NCBI GenBank assembly: GCA_041738935.1 | Contig: JBGSOV010000002.1 | Coordinates: forward strand, 92,469-156,468 | Source: Candidatus Altimarinota bacterium | Lineage (GTDB): Bacteria > Patescibacteriota > Gracilibacteria > CAIRYL01 > GCA-016699755 | Direction of reading: 5' to 3' | DNA length: 64,000 bases | Part shown: in pieces, positions 48,365 to 57,620 of the stretch | How positions within the stretch are numbered: the stretch's first letter is position 1 | How the letters are laid out: every line of letters begins with the position of its first letter | Translations under genes and position numbers: made by a program | Notes under the pieces: generated by a model | The model's input: the letters and a program-made list of their open reading frames with translations, nothing else | The model's database searches: none | What the model was told of the DNA's origin: nothing

Positions 48365-48871
48365 TTAACACACATCTGTATTATACCCAAACCAATCCGG
48401 TTTGATTGCTTGGGTTTTATCAGTGGGAACCAACTGAACATGCCAGGTTTCGATTTTGCTCAGCGCGAGGCAATCATCAATATCATACAAATCATCTTTG
48501 TGCCGAATTGCTTTTCCCAATAGTAATTCATCAAGTGCGCGCTTTTTTGCCTCTGCTGCTGAATGTGCCACATAAAAACAGATTTCGTGATTTTCAGCAA
48601 AATGCTCAGCATCATATCCGCCAGTATTCACAAAGTAGAGTCGCTTGTCAGTACTAGACTTTGTTTCTGCCAAACGTATCTCAAAGCCATCGACATATTG
48701 CAAAACAAGATATGCATCAATATGAAGTGATTCTGGAGACCCAACCCATTGATCGCGTAACTGCGGATAGCAGTCTTCAATTGTTTCGCCTACAGCAAAA
48801 CGAATATCATGCATTTCGATATTGCATCCGTCTACCTCACCGCCAAGGAGGACGACAAAAAGCTGGGGCAT
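48365..48871 (-). CDS. DUF1543-like protein
   Basis: LFVVLLGGEVDGCNIEMHDIRFAVGETIEDCYPQLRDQW matches my recollection of the DUF1543 signature. Not verified. Confidence 0.45.
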   Translation of the reverse strand: MPQLFVVLLGGEVDGCNIEMHDIRFAVGETIEDCYPQLRDQWVGSPESLHIDAYLVLQYVDGFEIRLAETKSSTDKRLYFVNTGGYDAEHFAENHEICFYVAHSAAEAKKRALDELLLGKAIRHKDDLYDIDDCLALSKIETWHVQLVPTDKTQAIKPDWFGYNTDVC

Positions 48872-48885
48872 AATTTGGACTGAGA

Positions 48886-48985
48886 TTGCTCTCCCCCTAA
48901 GTCAGGGGGAGTTGGAGGGGGTTGTTGCAGCTGAATTTCTAACCCTCCCAGACATCCCCCCCCCCTTGCCTAGAGGAGGAGCGAT
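48886..48985. repeat. two inverted copies of the G/C-rich hairpin motif, the second carrying a C11 homopolymer (48955-48965)
   Basis: CTCTCCCCCT AAGTC AGGGGGAG TTGGAGGGGG (48888-48920) resembles the reverse complement of 11612..11650. AACCCTCCCAGACATC...GAGGAGGAGC (48940-48982) resembles its forward strand. Confidence 0.55.
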
Positions 48986-48990
48986 TCGCG

Positions 48991-50418
48991 CTAAGCCGCT
49001 ACTGGCTCGCGTTCTACTTCAACTGCTTCGACTTTTACCTCTTCTTTGGGCATATATTTGTCAATCATCTCCTTTTTGACACGCTTGAGTTCTGACTTTG
49101 GAATCATCGTCAAAAGCTTCCAACCGATGTTAAGTGATTCTTCAATCGAACGGTTTTCGTATTCGCCCTGATTGATAAATTTTTTTTCGTAGAGGTCAGC
49201 AAATTTCAAATGCGCTTTGTCTGCATCATCCAAAGCAGATTCGCCAAGTACCACAGCGAGTTCGCGTACGTCTTTACCGCGCGCATAACTGGCGAATAGT
49301 TGATCCTTGAGTCCGCTATGATCCTCACGAGTTTTGCCTGCACCTACTCCGGCAGACCAGAGGCGCGAAAGTGATTTGAGCACATCTACTGGTGGCATTA
49401 CACCTTTCTGATACAAACTGCGGTCGATTACAAACTGTCCTTCGGTGATATAGCCGGTCAAGTCAGGAATCGGGTGAGTAATGTCGTCTTCTGGCATTGT
49501 TAAAATCGGAATCTGCGTTACCGAACCAGCTTTGTTTTTGATGCGTCCAGCACGCTCGTAAATAGTCGAGAGGTCAGTATACAAATAGCCCGGATACCCA
49601 CGACGACCAGGAACTTCTTTGCGCGCAGCCGAAACCTCACGCAGAGCTTCACAGTAATTGGTCATGTCGGTCAAAATCACAAGTACGTGCATTCCCTTTT
49701 CAAAAGCCAAATATTCAGCAGCAGTCAATGCAAGGCGTGGAGTAGCAATACGCTCTACCACTGGGTCGGCAGCGGTGTTTACAAACAAGATTGCGTTTTC
49801 GAGAGCTCCAGTACGTTCGAATTCGCGTTGAAAGTATTGTGCTTCTTCAAAAGTCACACCCATCGCACCAAAGACAACCGCAAATTTGCCCCCGTCTTTT
49901 ACTGCTGCTTGACGGGCGATTTGCGCGGCAAGTTTGTTATGTGGCAAACCCGATCCCGAAAAAATTGGTAGTTTTTGTCCGCGCACGAGTGTGTTCATCG
50001 TATCGATTGTCGAAACGCCAGTTTGAATAAAGTCGTTCGGAAATTCGCGACTCACGGGATTAATCGCTAAGCCATTGATATCGACGCGTTTTTCAGGAAT
50101 TACGTCTGCCCCTCCGTCAATTGGTTTACCAGCTCCATCAAAAACACGCCCCAGCATTTCTTCCGAAACACCAAGCTTCATTGGTTCTCCCAGAAAACGA
50201 ACCTTTGTGTCCAACACTTGCAGTCCGTCGGTGGATTCAAACATTTGGAGCATTGCGCGACCTTTACTTGCCTCTAGTACTTTTCCCAAACGCGTGCGGC
50301 TTTCTCCTGGTACTTGTACTTCGGCGATTTCGTCATAACCGACGGTTACGCCTTCGGGCAAGTCAACGAACAAAAGTGGACCGGCAATATCTGAAACGGT
50401 TTTAAACTGCTTTTGCAT
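48991..50418 (-). CDS. ntpB: V/A-type ATPase subunit B (non-catalytic)
   Basis: [75 protein letters not shown]. No P-loop GxxxxGKT, as expected for subunit B. Confidence 0.88.
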   Translation of the reverse strand: MQKQFKTVSDIAGPLLFVDLPEGVTVGYDEIAEVQVPGESRTRLGKVLEASKGRAMLQMFESTDGLQVLDTKVRFLGEPMKLGVSEEMLGRVFDGAGKPIDGGADVIPEKRVDINGLAINPVSREFPNDFIQTGVSTIDTMNTLVRGQKLPIFSGSGLPHNKLAAQIARQAAVKDGGKFAVVFGAMGVTFEEAQYFQREFERTGALENAILFVNTAADPVVERIATPRLALTAAEYLAFEKGMHVLVILTDMTNYCEALREVSAARKEVPGRRGYPGYLYTDLSTIYERAGRIKNKAGSVTQIPILTMPEDDITHPIPDLTGYITEGQFVIDRSLYQKGVMPPVDVLKSLSRLWSAGVGAGKTREDHSGLKDQLFASYARGKDVRELAVVLGESALDDADKAHLKFADLYEKKFINQGEYENRSIEESLNIGWKLLTMIPKSELKRVKKEMIDKYMPKEEVKVEAVEVEREPVAA

Positions 50419-50591
50419 CGGAGAAGGAAAGAAAAATATCGGCGAACATTCTGCCGCAATTTTTTAATTCTGCAAAGCATTTTTCTCGACATTTTTTTTC
50501 CTCTTTTTAAGTGCAACTTTTGTTCTTACAGGTACACGATTCTCGAGCATTCGTACGCCTTTTTTCCAAAACTATTTCTCGAAGAAGAAGA

Positions 50592-51755
50592 TTATTTTTT
50601 GCATTTTGATTGGTGTGATTTGCGCGCAAAGAGTGGTACTTCGGCATGACACCATGTGCATTTTGGCGGCAATCCAGAACGCCATTGTCGGTAGATAAGC
50701 CACAGTCCATAGGAGACAAGCGTCAACAAAACACACTCGATCAAAAGTCCAAATAGTGTGGGAGGCACCACAAACCACAATGTACCAGAACGGAGATGAA
50801 CAATATTTCCATTCGGATTTGTCCAAAGAGACGGATTTGTAATATCGATGCGCAGATCCTGACTTTTGTTTAAAAAAGTTGGAGTTGTAAAGTTTTTTTG
50901 ATACTTTTGCGCGTCATCTAGAGGGATGATGTGGGGATAATCGGCAGTGTGTTCCGCTCGATAGATTCCTCCCCAAAAAGATGATTCCATCTCAAAACGC
51001 CACTCTGTTGTTCGTCCCTCAGGAACGCTGACATGCGTTTCTACTGTCTGGATGGCATTTCCTAATAATGGGCGAATTATGACTGCTGCGCTGATTTCGG
51101 CAGCTTTATTGCCGTTGTTTTCGAGGGTGGATGCAAACACAATTGTTGCTGGTAAATCATCGTGCTGCGGTTTTTCAAAAATCGAAAATCGCTGCATGCT
51201 TACTTTTTGTACGGTCTGATTTGTCACCGAAATGTGAACGGGGATACCTTTGCGAAAAACAGCCGCTTCATCCGCATTTCCATCTGCAAAAGATATTGTC
51301 TCTTCAATAAAAATGCACGCATCATATTCACCAGGAAGAGTTTTTGGGGGAACTTTGACGTTAAAATCAATGATTCTTTTTGCTTGTGGAAGTGATTGTA
51401 CAACATTCTTTCGAGAGAAAAGCCATGCGCCAGCGCCGTTTTTTTCTGAATATGGTTCCTCACAAAGATAACTGCCATCAGGCAATAGTGCTGCATCAAC
51501 AGCAAAGAGGCGCAATATCTTTTTTTGCGATGAATTATTTTCGATTTCGATACCGTCTTGAACAATTTCACCGGGTGGTAAGCTCAGCTTGATAATCGTG
51601 TTTGACTCTGCATCGTCCACGACAGGATGTGCCGGGCGTGCAACCACTTCTAAAAACCCCAAACTGATACTCGGAAAACTCATAACAGCAAACATAATCA
51701 TTCCAACTAATGTGAATGATGGGCGTAAAAAAGAGAAGGAATATGTGTGTTTCAA
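50592..51755 (-). CDS. hypothetical secreted protein with C-terminal TM anchor and short Cys-containing cytoplasmic tail
   Basis: N-terminal hydrophobic segment, beta-rich body, TM helix WFVVPPTLFGLLIECVLLTLVSYGLWLIY, tail CTWCHAEV...CKK. Loosely reminiscent of DUF916-type surface proteins. Confidence 0.45.
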   Translation of the reverse strand: MKHTYSFSFLRPSFTLVGMIMFAVMSFPSISLGFLEVVARPAHPVVDDAESNTIIKLSLPPGEIVQDGIEIENNSSQKKILRLFAVDAALLPDGSYLCEEPYSEKNGAGAWLFSRKNVVQSLPQAKRIIDFNVKVPPKTLPGEYDACIFIEETISFADGNADEAAVFRKGIPVHISVTNQTVQKVSMQRFSIFEKPQHDDLPATIVFASTLENNGNKAAEISAAVIIRPLLGNAIQTVETHVSVPEGRTTEWRFEMESSFWGGIYRAEHTADYPHIIPLDDAQKYQKNFTTPTFLNKSQDLRIDITNPSLWTNPNGNIVHLRSGTLWFVVPPTLFGLLIECVLLTLVSYGLWLIYRQWRSGLPPKCTWCHAEVPLFARKSHQSKCKK

Positions 51756-52002
51756 GCAGTTATTTAAAATTTATTTTTTAATGAGCAGTCTGAGCATCGA
51801 TAGAAAATGAAAGCTTATTTCAATTCCGTATTAATAGTATTTTACAATAAAAAAACTTTTAATGCAATAAATTACGCGAACGCTCCTTTTTAGATAAGTG
51901 TGCACGAACGATAGAATTATTTAGATTTCGGATATTTCTTCTCCAAAAAATATGTATATTTTCTCAGATTTTATCATATTTTCTTTGGAATATAATTTTG
52001 TG

Positions 52003-52030
52003 TTGATTTTTTATCACGAGTGCATAGAAT
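52003..52030 (+). promoter_or_regulatory. near-consensus promoter giving a leaderless mRNA for the GGCT-like gene
   Basis: TTGATT (52003-52008), 16-nt spacer, TAGAAT (52025-52030), then 6 nt and ATG 52037. Confidence 0.5.
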
Positions 52031-52036
52031 AGTGCC

Positions 52037-52468
52037 ATGTTCTTTTCGAGACAAAAACCTTGGCAAGAAGAAATACCACAATTGCAGCGACTATTTGTTT
52101 ATGGAACACTTGGTTTTCCAGAAATCCTCTCTGCGGCAATCGGGCGTAAAATTGAATCTAAAGACTATCTTCCTGCGACGCTTCATGGTTTTAAACGTTT
52201 GGCAGTAAAAGATGCACGATTTCCTGTGATTCGCAAATGTGAAGCTGCTTGGGTGGAAGGTTTTACATTGTCACCGATTACGACGGAAGAATTTTTAAAA
52301 CTCGACGATTGGGAAGGCGGACTCTACGAACGCATCAAAGTAAATGTCGGCACCGAAGCCGGCGAAAAGTTGGTGGCATGGGTCTATGCTGACGTTCATC
52401 ACAAAGCACCGATTAGTGATAGCGATTGGTGTCCAGAAATTTTTCTCAATACTTCATCTAACAGCTAA
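52037..52468 (+). CDS. gamma-glutamylcyclotransferase / AIG2-like family protein
   Basis: LFVYGTL motif, then a conserved Glu context (DDWEGGLYERIKV). Confidence 0.7.
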   Translation: MFFSRQKPWQEEIPQLQRLFVYGTLGFPEILSAAIGRKIESKDYLPATLHGFKRLAVKDARFPVIRKCEAAWVEGFTLSPITTEEFLKLDDWEGGLYERIKVNVGTEAGEKLVAWVYADVHHKAPISDSDWCPEIFLNTSSNS

Positions 52469-52475
52469 ATACGAT

Positions 52476-53597
52476 TTATGCGGTGGTTTTTTCTTGCTGC
52501 ACAAAAAGTGTCTGCGTCGGGAACGCCATGATAATCTCTTCTTTTTCAAAGGATTTTTTAATGCTCAGGTTGATTTCTTGTTGCGTATCCATATAGTCAT
52601 TGTATTCAGCAGAAGCCACATAATAGACCACTTCAAAGATGAGGCTAAAATCTCCAAACTTTAAAAAATGCGCTCTGTCAAAATCGGCAAGCGGTGCTTT
52701 TTCGATAATCTGTTTGATGATGCCAGGAATCTTCTCGAGCTTGTTTGTCGGCGTCGAATATTCCACCCCGATACTAAAAACGATGCGGCGTTTTTTCATC
52801 CGTTTAAAATTGAGAACACGAGTCGAAGTGAGTTCTTGATTGGAAATAATCAGCTCTTCTCCGCGCAAAGTCTCGATACGTGTTGTCTTGAGCCCGATTT
52901 TTTTGACGGTTCCCATGTCACTACCGATAATAATAAAATCGTCGATCTGAAATGGCTTGTCCATGTAGATCGAAAAGCTCGAAAACAAATCGCCCAAAAT
53001 ATTCTGCGCTGCGAGCGCAATCGCAATTCCGCCGATTCCGAGTGAAGCGGCAAGCGCGGTGATATCAAAACCAAAATTCGACAAAATCAGCAAGATTCCA
53101 ATCACCCAAACGACAATCCCAGTCACGAGTCGCAAGGCATTGAGCATCGTCTGATCCTTTGTACTGCTCGTCTTAAAAAAAGCAATTTCTACCAAGATTT
53201 GAAAAAAACGCGCTGCTTCATAGACAATCAAAATCACAAACAGCGCATCAAAAATATGATTTATCGTTTCCGAAAGATGTAACGTTTTGACAGTAAGAAA
53301 GACCGACAAAAACACATAAAAAAAATGTGAAATTGCACTAAGTCCTTCGACAAGTCGATTGTCATATTTGGTGCGAGTCTTTTCTACCAGTGATTGCAGT
53401 CTGACGAGAATGATGGTGCGGAAGACGATAATCGCCATCCAAATTGCTACAAAAATAAAAAAGGCGACGAGATATTCTGCCAACGAATTTCCAAAGTATT
53501 CCGTAGTAAGAAAAGGGAATCTATCGATGGGGAACAAGTCATAAACGAGCTTTTTTGTCGAGACCTCAATCATGTTCGGTATGTTTGTCGAATCCAT
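52476..53597 (-). CDS. MscS-family mechanosensitive channel
   Basis: Several N-terminal TM helices. NILGDLFSSFSIYMDKPFQIDDFIIIGSDMGTVKKIGLKTTRIETLRGEELIISN is the MscS pore helix plus beta-domain signature. Confidence 0.85.
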   Translation of the reverse strand: MDSTNIPNMIEVSTKKLVYDLFPIDRFPFLTTEYFGNSLAEYLVAFFIFVAIWMAIIVFRTIILVRLQSLVEKTRTKYDNRLVEGLSAISHFFYVFLSVFLTVKTLHLSETINHIFDALFVILIVYEAARFFQILVEIAFFKTSSTKDQTMLNALRLVTGIVVWVIGILLILSNFGFDITALAASLGIGGIAIALAAQNILGDLFSSFSIYMDKPFQIDDFIIIGSDMGTVKKIGLKTTRIETLRGEELIISNQELTSTRVLNFKRMKKRRIVFSIGVEYSTPTNKLEKIPGIIKQIIEKAPLADFDRAHFLKFGDFSLIFEVVYYVASAEYNDYMDTQQEINLSIKKSFEKEEIIMAFPTQTLFVQQEKTTA

Positions 53598-53785
53598 TCA
53601 TTTGTAAAATATCATCTGTCAGAGTACAAAAAGAACTCTGCATTTGCAAAACCAATATCAGTTTTCCTTGCACTTTATTCCTGCTCTCTTGTCAAGAGGA
53701 AAGCGGCGGAGTCCGTGAGCTTGTCTTGAAAAAAGTGCCATGATTTAGTACAATTTTTAGAAATCTTAGTAAAAACAAAAACCCT

Positions 53786-56116
53786 ATGCCCGATAATACA
53801 CAGCCAGCAACAGCAGCTTTTCGCCCGACAGTGCCGGGCGCTCCTCCGCCACAAAGCACTTCTCCCCAAAATTCTTCCGCGGTAACACAAACACAGGGGT
53901 ATCCACTTGCTCAATCTTCGTCGGTAACAAATTCTGCTGCGCCGCAACCACAAGCGCAAAATGTACCTCCAGTCTCACAAAACCCTTTACCGACTCCTGC
54001 TGCATTTGATGCTAATCCGCTTCCCAATTTTCGCCAAACTTCGCCGCTTGCTGCAATAACACAAAATAGTGAAACGATACCAGTGGACACCACAAATGCG
54101 CCTGCACCTTTAGCAGAACCAGTGCTTGATCTTAAAAAGCCGAAAGAAAAAAAGGGACTCCTGGGTGGACTCTTCGGCAAAAAAAGTAAGAAAGGTTCTA
54201 AACAAGATATCGAGGATGCTCGCCAAAAACTAGTGGCGGGTGATGCGACTGCTAAAGCAACTGAAGCAGAACAAATTCCGCCAGAAAAACTGAGCGGGAA
54301 AGAGCGCAAAAAAAATGCTGTTATCGAACAAAAGCGTCTCAAAGAAGCCGAGAAAATGTACAAAGACGGTATGGCGACTATTCGCGATTTGATTGCGCCG
54401 AGTTCGATGGAGGTTACTTTTCAGTGGATTCGTATTGGCGATACGTATGCGAAGACGTTTTTTGTCTATTCGTATCCGCGTTATATTGAGGCGAACTGGT
54501 TGTCGCCGATTATCAATTTTGACGTGACGATGGATATTTCGATGTTCGTGTATCCGAGCGAATCTGCGGCGGTGATGAAAGTGCTCAGAAACAAAGTCGC
54601 TCAGATGCAATCGTCTGTTCATATGAACCAAGAAAAAGGCATGGTGCGTGATCCTGCGCTCGAAGCGGCTTTGCAAGATGCCGAAGAACTGCGCGACCAA
54701 TTGCAGCGCGGGCAAGAAAAATTTTTCCATTTTGGACTGTATTTTACGATTTACAGTGATGATCCTGAGAAAATAAAAAAAACCCAAACAAATTTCGAAT
54801 CGATTCTCGGCGGAAAACTTGTTTTGACCAGGCCAGCCGACTTGCAACAAGAACACGGTTTTAACTCTGTTTTGCCGATTTGTACAGACGAACTTGAGAT
54901 TATTCGCAACATGAATACCTCGCCGCTGTCTACCAGTTTTCCATTCACCAGTTCTGAGCTCACTTCCAATGAAGGAATCTTGTATGGGCTGAATCGTCAC
55001 AATGATTCGCTCGTGATCTTTGATCGCTTTTCGCTCGAAAATGCCAACTCCGTAATCTTCGCTAAGTCTGGTGCTGGTAAATCGTACGCTATCAAGCTCG
55101 AAGTGTTGCGTTCGATGATGATGCAAACGGACGTGATTATTATCGACCCAGAAAACGAATACGAAAAACTTTGCACTGTGGTCAATGGAACGATTCTCAA
55201 AGTTTCACTTAATTCGGATCGCCGTATTAATCCATTTGATTTGCCAAAACCACTCAAAGACGAAGTTGTCAAACCCGGCGACTTACTCCGCGCCAACATC
55301 ATCACTTTGCACGGACTTTTTAATCTGATGATGGGCAAGATGAATCCAACCGAAGAAGGACTGATGGATCGCGCGCTGCTCAACACTTACGCTTTGCGCG
55401 GTATTACAATGGATACCGAAGATCCGGGCGACATTCCGCCGCCCACGATGCAAGATTTGCAGGATGTGCTTGAAGGAATGTCGGGCGCCGAATCGCTTGC
55501 CGAGCGGCTCGAAAAATACACACGTGGAACGTTCAGTGGACTCTTCAATCAGCCGACAAATGTCGACATGGATACGCGCTTGGTGGTTTTTCAAATCCGC
55601 GATCTCGAAGACTCACTGCGTCCGATTGCGATTTTTGTCATTCTCAATTATATCTGGAATCGAGTACGAAGTTCGCTCCGCCGCCGTATCCTGGTCATTG
55701 ACGAAGCGTGGAGTTTGCTGCAACACGAAGACTCGGCAAAATTTTTGTATGGACTCGTTAAGCGCGCGCGCAAATATTATCTCGGTGTTACCACGATTAC
55801 ACAAGACGTCGAAGACTTTATGCGCTCGGATTATGGCAAACCGATCATCAGTAACTCCTCATTGCAACTTTTGCTCAAACAATCACCCAGTTCGATTGAA
55901 TCTCTCCAAAAAGTCTTTAATCTGACCGATGGAGAAAAATATCTACTGCTCAATTCGGGCGTTGGACAAGGCATTTTCTTCGCGGGACTCAAGCATGTTG
56001 CGATTCAAGTCATTGCGAGTTATACCGAAGACAAGATTATTACCACCAATCCAGAAGAAGTGCTCAAGGCGCAAGAGGCAACAGCCGCCGCCAATCAAGC
56101 TCGCGCCAAATCGTAA
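53786..56116 (+). CDS. VirB4/TraE-like type IV secretion (conjugation-type) ATPase with about 170-aa P/Q/A-rich N-terminal extension
   Basis: YAKTFFVYSYPRYIEANWLSPI, Walker A IFAKSGAGKSYAIK, Walker B RRILVIDEAWSLLQHE, GVTTITQDVEDF. Confidence 0.8.
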   Translation: MPDNTQPATAAFRPTVPGAPPPQSTSPQNSSAVTQTQGYPLAQSSSVTNSAAPQPQAQNVPPVSQNPLPTPAAFDANPLPNFRQTSPLAAITQNSETIPVDTTNAPAPLAEPVLDLKKPKEKKGLLGGLFGKKSKKGSKQDIEDARQKLVAGDATAKATEAEQIPPEKLSGKERKKNAVIEQKRLKEAEKMYKDGMATIRDLIAPSSMEVTFQWIRIGDTYAKTFFVYSYPRYIEANWLSPIINFDVTMDISMFVYPSESAAVMKVLRNKVAQMQSSVHMNQEKGMVRDPALEAALQDAEELRDQLQRGQEKFFHFGLYFTIYSDDPEKIKKTQTNFESILGGKLVLTRPADLQQEHGFNSVLPICTDELEIIRNMNTSPLSTSFPFTSSELTSNEGILYGLNRHNDSLVIFDRFSLENANSVIFAKSGAGKSYAIKLEVLRSMMMQTDVIIIDPENEYEKLCTVVNGTILKVSLNSDRRINPFDLPKPLKDEVVKPGDLLRANIITLHGLFNLMMGKMNPTEEGLMDRALLNTYALRGITMDTEDPGDIPPPTMQDLQDVLEGMSGAESLAERLEKYTRGTFSGLFNQPTNVDMDTRLVVFQIRDLEDSLRPIAIFVILNYIWNRVRSSLRRRILVIDEAWSLLQHEDSAKFLYGLVKRARKYYLGVTTITQDVEDFMRSDYGKPIISNSSLQLLLKQSPSSIESLQKVFNLTDGEKYLLLNSGVGQGIFFAGLKHVAIQVIASYTEDKIITTNPEEVLKAQEATAAANQARAKS

Positions 56117-56170
56117 TTTCTCAAAATAATTGAACAGGATTTTTCAGGTGAAGTATTTTTAAAGAATCAG

Positions 56171-56202
56171 GCGGAGTAATTCCGAAGAATCACCCCGCTT
56201 TT
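56171..56202 (+). terminator. possible intrinsic terminator after the VirB4-like gene
   Basis: GCGGAGT / ACCCCGC stem (one mismatch) with a 14-nt loop, followed by TTTT. Confidence 0.4.
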
Positions 56203-56562
56203 ACATCATAAACTTTTACAGCTTAGAACTCACAAGATCGACGGGAATCGTCATATGCTTGTCTTGCATCGACAACTGCAACATCAAATTCCTTATCATA
56301 TCCCGGAAGATCATTTGGTGATTCGAATCCTGACAATTTTCCAAGATCATATTTGGCAAATCGCCCTCTTCCTGTTTCGTGACTGTTTCCCATATTTTTA
56401 AAAAAAGAAAAAATGAGAGCGCACTTTATTGCGCATTTTGTATCTTGTCAAATATTTTATTGTGTTTGCAAGCTTGTTCAAATGCTTTATTTTTTCTTCA
56501 TTCTACAAATATGAACAAAACTTTGTACATAAATGCATAATTTGCATCTGTTAATAAGCATT

Positions 56563-57159
56563 TTATAACGGAAAACTACGCAAATGCTGAGCGATTGTGC
56601 CCACTGGCAAGCCAATAATATTGTGATAATCACCACTTGTCATCTGGATGATCTGTTGCATTTGCTCGCCTTCAATGCGAAGTGCGCCTGCAACATTCAA
56701 CCATTCACCTGAGTGCAAGATATTTTTGATTTCGGCATCGCCAAATTTTTTGTAAATAATCTCAGACACTTCTGCACCAGAGACAATGCCGTGTTCTGAT
56801 AGCAAACAATAACCAGTAATCACTTGTTCTTTCTGCCCGCTTTTGCCGCGCAGCATGCGCTCGGCATCATTGTGATCAAGCGGCTTCCCGAGTATTTCGC
56901 CCGCTGCCGACACGACAATTGTATCTGCACCAAGGACAATAAAATCCGGAAAACGAGGCGCGACAATGCGCGCTTTGCGAATTGCCAAATCTTCGGCGAT
57001 AGCAATTGGCGTAGCATTTGGATCAAAAGTTTCTTCGATATCCGCCGGAAAAACCCGAAAGCGAAACCCATATTCCTTCAGCAGCGCCGCACGTTGTGGC
57101 GAAGCGGAAGCCAAGATTAATTCGGTGTACAAAAAGTTAGCGGCAAATCGGTCTTCCAT
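56563..57159 (-). CDS. maf: Maf-family nucleoside triphosphate pyrophosphatase
   Basis: LILASASPQRAALL, LGADTIV, GKP, GAL... Its start ATG overlaps the stop of the upstream small membrane gene (TGATG). Confidence 0.88.
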   Translation of the reverse strand: MEDRFAANFLYTELILASASPQRAALLKEYGFRFRVFPADIEETFDPNATPIAIAEDLAIRKARIVAPRFPDFIVLGADTIVVSAAGEILGKPLDHNDAERMLRGKSGQKEQVITGYCLLSEHGIVSGAEVSEIIYKKFGDAEIKNILHSGEWLNVAGALRIEGEQMQQIIQMTSGDYHNIIGLPVGTIAQHLRSFPL

Positions 57160-57503
57160 CACAGCTTGGGGAACGGAAAACGATTTGGCAAAATCAAATC
57201 AACATATACGAGTCCCAAAAACAGTGAGAAAGCAAGAAACAAAATGAAGAGATCCACAAACGAAAAGTGTGCGGTGGCGGCTTTTTCGGGATTGGTAAAT
57301 TTTTCAGAAAGCGAAATCCGCATACTTGTAAGCCCCAGCAGCAAACCAAAAAATCCCAATGGCAAATCGGCGAGTCGCAAAAAGATTTCGGTCTCGAACG
57401 GATAATAATTGTTACGCCAACTTAAATATGCTGCCAGATAAGTGGCTCCTAATCCCAGAAACAAAAACTCTGCCACGCGGTTGATATTGACCATCAGTTT
57501 CAT
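57159..57503 (-). CDS. small 3-4 TM membrane protein (114 aa)
   Basis: MKLMVNINRVAEFLFLGLGATYLAAYL... is hydrophobic and translationally coupled to maf. The longer ORF-track version would run into the divergent PBP gene. Confidence 0.5.
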   Translation of the reverse strand: MKLMVNINRVAEFLFLGLGATYLAAYLSWRNNYYPFETEIFLRLADLPLGFFGLLLGLTSMRISLSEKFTNPEKAATAHFSFVDLFILFLAFSLFLGLVYVDLILPNRFPFPKL

Positions 57504-57620
57504 GACTTTACAAAGACGCAGACAAATCGACTCATATTGTCGCAGATTATTCCGCGCTTTTCCATGCTTTCTTTGAATGCAGTCGCTGATCGTTTCGCCT
57601 CGTGATATGATGAGTGGCGA

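Noticed and set aside
46397-48990. Integrated mobile element at the 3' end of tRNA-Ile
   Set aside because: No integrase, excisionase or transposase was found, and no direct repeat of the tRNA 3' end was found by eye. It is kept only as a weak accessory patch.
54230-55126. 298-aa minus-strand ORF
   Set aside because: It is antisense to the VirB4-like gene. It is R/F/H-rich and has no motifs.
56223-56393. 56-codon minus-strand ORF (MGNSHETGRGRFAKYDLGKL...)
   Set aside because: It is short and has no homology. It begins directly after a T-rich hairpin region downstream of maf, with no room for its own promoter. Not reported as a gene.
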